A DNA stretch of 64,000 nucleotides from an uncultured Bacteroides sp. (GTDB lineage Bacteria; Bacteroidota; Bacteroidia; Bacteroidales; SM23-62). The notes under the pieces are model-generated. The model did no database searches. It saw only the letters and a program-made list of their open reading frames with translations, and was not told the origin of the DNA. Shown one piece after another: positions 59,528 to 64,000 of the stretch (positions within the stretch are counted from its first letter, which is position 1; the number at the start of each line of letters is the position of its first letter). The position numbers and the translations under genes are program-made. The stretch spans positions 3,204-67,203 of the forward strand of contig CAYSJH010000006.1 in the NCBI GenBank assembly GCA_964431315.1, in the 5' to 3' direction.

Positions 59528-60922
59528 ATGAAAAAGTTACTTGCATTTGGTATTTTACTAGGAATCTTCAGCAGTTGTGGGAATATATACACTGGAGAGC
59601 TTACGGGAGTTCCCGGTCGAAAAAAATACTTTGAACCGGATCCTTTTGGAATGGAATTCATTCCACAGGGTTCCTATAATGTTGGTCCGTCTGACCAGGA
59701 TGTGCCCTTTGCCCAGAATCACTTTACCAAAACAATCACGGTTGATGCTTTCTGGATGGACCAGACCGAGATCACCAACAACGAATACAGGCAGTTCGTT
59801 TTCTGGGTAAGGGACTCGCTGAAAAGGGAATTGCTCGGGGAAATACTGGAAGAAGATTTCCGCATCATTACCGATGCTTTTGGTTCGGACCTGGAGGAGG
59901 ATATATTCGGACGCGCCTATCAGCTCAACTGGGAAACCCGGCTGGAGGACAAACGTCTCCTGGAAAACGAGGATGTCCGGCAGGCACTTGATAATCTCTA
60001 TTACAGCGTTGAAGAAAGGTTCTTCGGTCGTAAGGAGATCAATACGCACAAACTGAATTACAGGTATTTCTGGGTGGACCTGCAGCAGGCTGCAAAAAAC
60101 AGGAACCGTTTTCAGAATTACTACCTGGAAGACATCGGGGACCTGGACCAGGAACCCGGGGAATACCCCGGCACGATCATCGATCCGCAGGGCAACGAAC
60201 AGCCCATCGAGAACCGCGGATCCTTCATCCTGAAAGATGTGGTTAACGTCTATCCTGATACCCTCTGCTGGATAAGGGATTTCACGTATTCGTACAACGA
60301 ACCGGCTGCCAATATGTATTTCTGGCACCCCTCCTTTGATAATTATCCCGTGGTCGGGATCACCTGGAAACAGGCCAATGCCTTCTGTATCTGGAGGACC
60401 CAGCTGCTCAATAACGCTCTTGTAAATCAGGGCGAATCCTACGTCCAGGATTACCGGCTGCCGCTGGAATCCGAATGGGAATTTGCTGCCCGCGGGGGAC
60501 TTCAGAACTCCATGTATCCATGGGGCGGATTGTATACCCGGAACCGGGAAGGCTGCTTCCTGGCTAACTTCAAGCCCCTGAGAGGGAATTATGCGGTTGA
60601 TGGCGGCATTACCACCACCCCGGTCGGGACCTATGAACCCAATGAACTCAATCTCTATGACATGGCCGGGAACGTCGCGGAATGGTGTGCAAACGCCTAC
60701 GATGAATCCGCTTATTTTTTCCAGCATGACCTTAACCCTGACTATAAATATTTAGCAACTGATAAAGACAACCATGTAATGAAGAGGAAGGTGATCCGTG
60801 GCGGCTCCTGGAAAGACATTGCCTATTATCTGCAGGTAAGTACACGTGCTTACGAATACCAGGATACTTCGACGTCATACATCGGATTCAGGTGTATCCG
60901 TCCCTACATGGGTAATAATTAG
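59528..60922 (+). CDS. gldK: Gliding motility/T9SS lipoprotein GldK (PorK), FGE-sulfatase-fold
   Basis: 464 aa. Lipobox GIFSSCG, then LTGVPGRKKYFEPDPFGMEFIPQGSY...TEITNNEYRQF...RGGSWKD...GFRC. Confidence 0.92.
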   Translation: MKKLLAFGILLGIFSSCGNIYTGELTGVPGRKKYFEPDPFGMEFIPQGSYNVGPSDQDVPFAQNHFTKTITVDAFWMDQTEITNNEYRQFVFWVRDSLKRELLGEILEEDFRIITDAFGSDLEEDIFGRAYQLNWETRLEDKRLLENEDVRQALDNLYYSVEERFFGRKEINTHKLNYRYFWVDLQQAAKNRNRFQNYYLEDIGDLDQEPGEYPGTIIDPQGNEQPIENRGSFILKDVVNVYPDTLCWIRDFTYSYNEPAANMYFWHPSFDNYPVVGITWKQANAFCIWRTQLLNNALVNQGESYVQDYRLPLESEWEFAARGGLQNSMYPWGGLYTRNREGCFLANFKPLRGNYAVDGGITTTPVGTYEPNELNLYDMAGNVAEWCANAYDESAYFFQHDLNPDYKYLATDKDNHVMKRKVIRGGSWKDIAYYLQVSTRAYEYQDTSTSYIGFRCIRPYMGNN

Positions 60923-60951
60923 AAATGAAAATCATTAAAACCTGAGAAACT

Positions 60952-61863
60952 ATGAATCTTACAGAATTGACTGCGAGTTCCGGCTGGAAAAATTTCATGG
61001 CCAAAGTTTACGGTATTGGTGCTTCTGTCGTCATTGTCGGCGCCTTGTTTAAACTCGAGCACATTCCCGGAGGTGGGCTTATGATATCGATCGGATTGGG
61101 AACGGAAGCTGTCGTTTTCTTCTTATCAGCCTTCGAGCCACTGCACGAAGAGCTTGATTGGACCCTGGTTTATCCCGAACTGGCCGGCATGTCCGACCCG
61201 GACGAGCTGGATGAATACCGGGATGAAGCCCTGGCTGGCCGGGGAGTAACCCTGGAAAGATTTGATGACCTTTTCAACCAGGCCGAAATAAAGCCGGAAA
61301 CGATTAAAAACCTGGGGACAGGATTAAATAATCTTTCGGCCACGGCTGCAAACCTGGTGGATATTTCACAGGCCTCTGTAGCAACCCGGCAATACGCCGA
61401 AAATGTTCAGAAGGCTGCCGAAGGGGTCGGGGGACTCACACAGAATTACACCGAATCGACCGGCAAGCTGGCTTCGGCTGCCAATACCCTCTCGGAGTCT
61501 TACCAGAAAGCCGCGGAGAAGATCGCCAGCAGCGGGTCCGAAGTGGCAGCGAGTTATTCGGAAGTGGCGGCAAAAGCCAAGAGCATCACAAGCAGCAATG
61601 AAACATTCGGATCCCAGCTGGAGGCCATGAACAGAAACCTTCAGGCCTTGAATGAAGCTTACGCAGCACAACTTAAGGGAACCAACGAACATATGAAGGG
61701 ATCGGACCAGGTCTACCGGGGAATTGAGGATATGATGAAAAACCTCAAGGCCTCCGTTGAGGAAACCGAAAAATACAAGCAGCAGATGTCCCAGCTAAGT
61801 AAAAACCTTGCCGATTTGAATACCATTTATGGCAATATGCTTTCTGCCATGAATGTTAAATAA
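60952..61863 (+). CDS. gldL: Gliding motility/T9SS motor protein GldL (PorL)
   Basis: 303 aa. Two N-terminal TM helices (KVYGIGASVVIVGALFKLEH; LGTEAVVFFLSAFEP with the conserved Glu) and a coiled cytoplasmic tail. Confidence 0.9.
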   Translation: MNLTELTASSGWKNFMAKVYGIGASVVIVGALFKLEHIPGGGLMISIGLGTEAVVFFLSAFEPLHEELDWTLVYPELAGMSDPDELDEYRDEALAGRGVTLERFDDLFNQAEIKPETIKNLGTGLNNLSATAANLVDISQASVATRQYAENVQKAAEGVGGLTQNYTESTGKLASAANTLSESYQKAAEKIASSGSEVAASYSEVAAKAKSITSSNETFGSQLEAMNRNLQALNEAYAAQLKGTNEHMKGSDQVYRGIEDMMKNLKASVEETEKYKQQMSQLSKNLADLNTIYGNMLSAMNVK

Positions 61864-61901
61864 GATGCACTGATTTGTTAAAAAACCCGAAACTTTAACT
61901 T

Positions 61902-63542
61902 ATGGCTGGTAAAAAGGAAACCCCGAGACAAAAAATGATCGGGATGATGTATTTGGTGCTGATGGCCATGCTTGCCCTGAATGTATCCAAGGAAGTTCTT
62001 GATGCCTTTGTGCTGGTGGATGAAGCTCTGGTTAAGACCACCGAGAATTTTACCAAAAAGAACGACGTGTACTACCAGGAATTTGACCGTGCCGCCGCAG
62101 AAAACCCGGTCAAGGCCGGACCGTGGCAGAATAAGGCAATCGAAGTCAAAAGAAGGGCCGATGAACTGAATCACTTCATCCAGGAACTGAAACTGGAGAT
62201 CATCCGTGCCGCTGACGGGGAGGATGCTGAATCAATCAACGGGGAGGATATCAATACCGAGAAAATCCAAGCCCAGGACAACCAGGATAAACCCTCTGAA
62301 ATCATGATCGGACCGGATGAAGGAGGCAAGGCCAACGATCTGAGGGTTGCCATCGAGGATTATCGCCAATTCCTGCTTTCCGAGGTTTCCGAGGAAAATC
62401 AGACCGTGCGGGCATCCATCGAATCCAGCCTGAACACCGATCCGCGTGCAGCAAAGGACGGGCAGATGTATGACTGGCAGCATACCCATTTTGATCGTCT
62501 TCCCCTGGTCGGGGTCGTTACCCTTATGTCCAAAATGCAGAGCGATGTCCGGAACGCCGAATCTGATGCATTGAATTATCTGTATACGCAGATCGAGGCA
62601 GGATCCTTTAAATTCAACCTGATTGAGCCGGTCGTCATTTCCAGATCCAATCACATCGTAAGGGGTACCGATTACCAAGCCAGTGTGTTCCTGGCTGCTT
62701 TTGACACTACCCAGGAACCCATTGTTTACGTCGGCCAGTACGATTCCACAATAAATGAAACCGACGGGACGATCCAGTACAAAATGGTGGGCACCGAGGG
62801 AAGGGATTATGAAAGCGTTCCGATATCACACGGGAGAGGTATCTACAAAGTCAAACCCACAGCTCTTGGTGAGAAAAAATGGGGAGGGATAATCAGCCTG
62901 AAACAAATGGATGGTTCCTATGCCAACAAACCATTCCATTCGAGCTACATCGTTGCGGAACCGGCTCTTGTTGTATCGCCAACGGAAATGAACGTATTTT
63001 ACCAGGCCATTGACAACCCGGTTGAGATATCCGTCCCCGGATATCCGGCCAACAGTATACGGGCAAGCATAAACAATGGAAGGATGACCGGTTCCGGTAC
63101 CCGTTATACCGTGGTGCCAACCCGTGAAGGATCGGCCAGGGTATCTGTAAATGTTATGATGGACGGCGTCAGCCGCTCGATGGGATTCAAGGATTTCAGG
63201 GTGGAAAAAGTCCCCGATCCATTCCCCACCCTGGCGAGTAAAATGTCCGGAGACATACGTCGTTCGGATGCCCTTGCGGAAATAGGGCTCAAGGCCACCA
63301 TGCCGGAATGGTTCAAGTTCGGTGGTGTCAGCTATACCATTACAAGTTATGAATTTACAGCCGTGGTCGGGGGATTTGATAAAGTTATTCCCGTTCAGGG
63401 ATCCAGTTTAACATCGGAAGTAAGGCAGGTGATCCGTGAACAGGTAAGGGCCAATTCAAGGATCTATTTCAACGAAATTAAAGCGGTTGGTCCCGACGGA
63501 AGTACAAGGGCTCTGTCCACACTGGCACTTAAGATCAAATAA
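61902..63542 (+). CDS. gldM: Gliding motility/T9SS protein GldM (PorM)
   Basis: 546 aa. N-terminus ETPRQKMIGMMYLVLMAMLALNVSKEVLDAF is characteristic of GldM. Long periplasmic region. Confidence 0.9.
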   Translation: MAGKKETPRQKMIGMMYLVLMAMLALNVSKEVLDAFVLVDEALVKTTENFTKKNDVYYQEFDRAAAENPVKAGPWQNKAIEVKRRADELNHFIQELKLEIIRAADGEDAESINGEDINTEKIQAQDNQDKPSEIMIGPDEGGKANDLRVAIEDYRQFLLSEVSEENQTVRASIESSLNTDPRAAKDGQMYDWQHTHFDRLPLVGVVTLMSKMQSDVRNAESDALNYLYTQIEAGSFKFNLIEPVVISRSNHIVRGTDYQASVFLAAFDTTQEPIVYVGQYDSTINETDGTIQYKMVGTEGRDYESVPISHGRGIYKVKPTALGEKKWGGIISLKQMDGSYANKPFHSSYIVAEPALVVSPTEMNVFYQAIDNPVEISVPGYPANSIRASINNGRMTGSGTRYTVVPTREGSARVSVNVMMDGVSRSMGFKDFRVEKVPDPFPTLASKMSGDIRRSDALAEIGLKATMPEWFKFGGVSYTITSYEFTAVVGGFDKVIPVQGSSLTSEVRQVIREQVRANSRIYFNEIKAVGPDGSTRALSTLALKIK

Positions 63543-63562
63543 TTGATATAATCAGGATAAGT

Positions 63563-64000
63563 ATGAAAACGATCAGATTTCTTATATCAGGTGCTCTTCT
63601 CATCAGCATCATCGGAGTACCGGCACTTAAGGCACAATCCATAAACCTGGTGGAGAAACGTGAGGTTTATGATAAGGAACACATCCCCAAGAAGGATCCC
63701 GTTCCCTACCCCTTCATCAGGGAATCGGATGTCATGTATGAAAAAACCGTCTGGAGGATGCTTAACCTGAGGGAGAAGATGAACCAGCCACTGTATTATC
63801 CGACGACGCCGATCGGGGACCGGAAGAATCTTACCCAGATCCTTCTGGATATCCTTAAGGATCCACTGCCGGGACACCAGGTCTTCGCATACGTGCCCCT
63901 GCTTACCTACGAGTTTGAACAGCCCATGAGCATTGAGGATATTTTCAAACAGATCGGTGCCGATACCATACGTGAACCGGTATTTGATTCAACCATTATG
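63563..64000 (+). CDS. gldN: Gliding motility/T9SS protein GldN (PorN), 5' part only (runs off the window)
   Basis: Absent from the ORF track because no stop is reached. ATG at 63563, frame open to 64000 (146 codons). Signal peptide MKTIRFLISGALLISIIGVPALKAQ, then PYPFIRESDVMYEKTVWRMLNLREKMNQPLYYP, as at GldN N-termini. Confidence 0.85.
   Translation, partial: MKTIRFLISGALLISIIGVPALKAQSINLVEKREVYDKEHIPKKDPVPYPFIRESDVMYEKTVWRMLNLREKMNQPLYYPTTPIGDRKNLTQILLDILKDPLPGHQVFAYVPLLTYEFEQPMSIEDIFKQIGADTIREPVFDSTIM

Noticed and set aside
59558-60727. 389-aa ORF antisense to gldK. Similar long antisense ORFs lie at 22325-23218 (pgk), 17049-18041 (mrp), 32967-34022 (SPOR gene), 4705-5496 (kbl), 14735-15529 and 16295-17098 (sprE), 34080-34874 (wbpE), 41303-42103 (glmS) and 52444-53256 (PBP1A).
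   Set aside because: Each lies entirely inside a gene with strong, motif-supported homology on the other strand. Their translations are low-complexity and rich in Pro, Gly, Arg and Val, as expected for the reverse frame of GC-rich coding sequence. None has a recognisable motif.

Overview
This is a chromosomal segment from a Bacteroidota bacterium. The evidence is the gliding/type IX secretion (T9SS) genes, TAnnTTTG-type promoter boxes and mostly Shine-Dalgarno-free starts. By eye the bulk is about 55-60% GC. I call about 57 tightly packed protein genes. Many are joined by 1-14 nt overlaps (ATGA, TAATG, TAGTG junctions), and several have only TTG or GTG as a possible start.

Most of the content is core housekeeping:
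- nrdJ (5' partial), a GH116 hydrolase, and kbl-tdh.
- mrp with a nifU-like gene, trmB, holB and pgk.
- metG, glmS, panCD, radA, a class A PBP and topA.

T9SS and gliding genes are unusually concentrated:
- sprE(porW)-porX, overlapping by 14 nt.
- gldH.
- porP/sprF-gldK-gldL-gldM-gldN. gldN runs off the 3' end of the window and is absent from the ORF track.

There is also a compact wbpE-wbpD-wbpB-wbpA-like-galE-rfbB nucleotide-sugar module.

I found no rRNA, tRNA, CRISPR array, transposase or integrase, and no convincing wholly new multi-gene system. The best leads are:
- A low-GC islet (about 25.1-28.4 kb) with a secreted unknown protein, a DUF4143-type ATPase and a structured AT-rich control region.
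- An arginase-fold protein with substituted metal ligands directly upstream of the T9SS core operon.
- A 1166-aa outer-membrane protein of unknown function.
- Two related palindromic intergenic elements.
- Several perfect in-frame tandem duplications.

All homology statements come from recognising motifs by eye, not from database searches.
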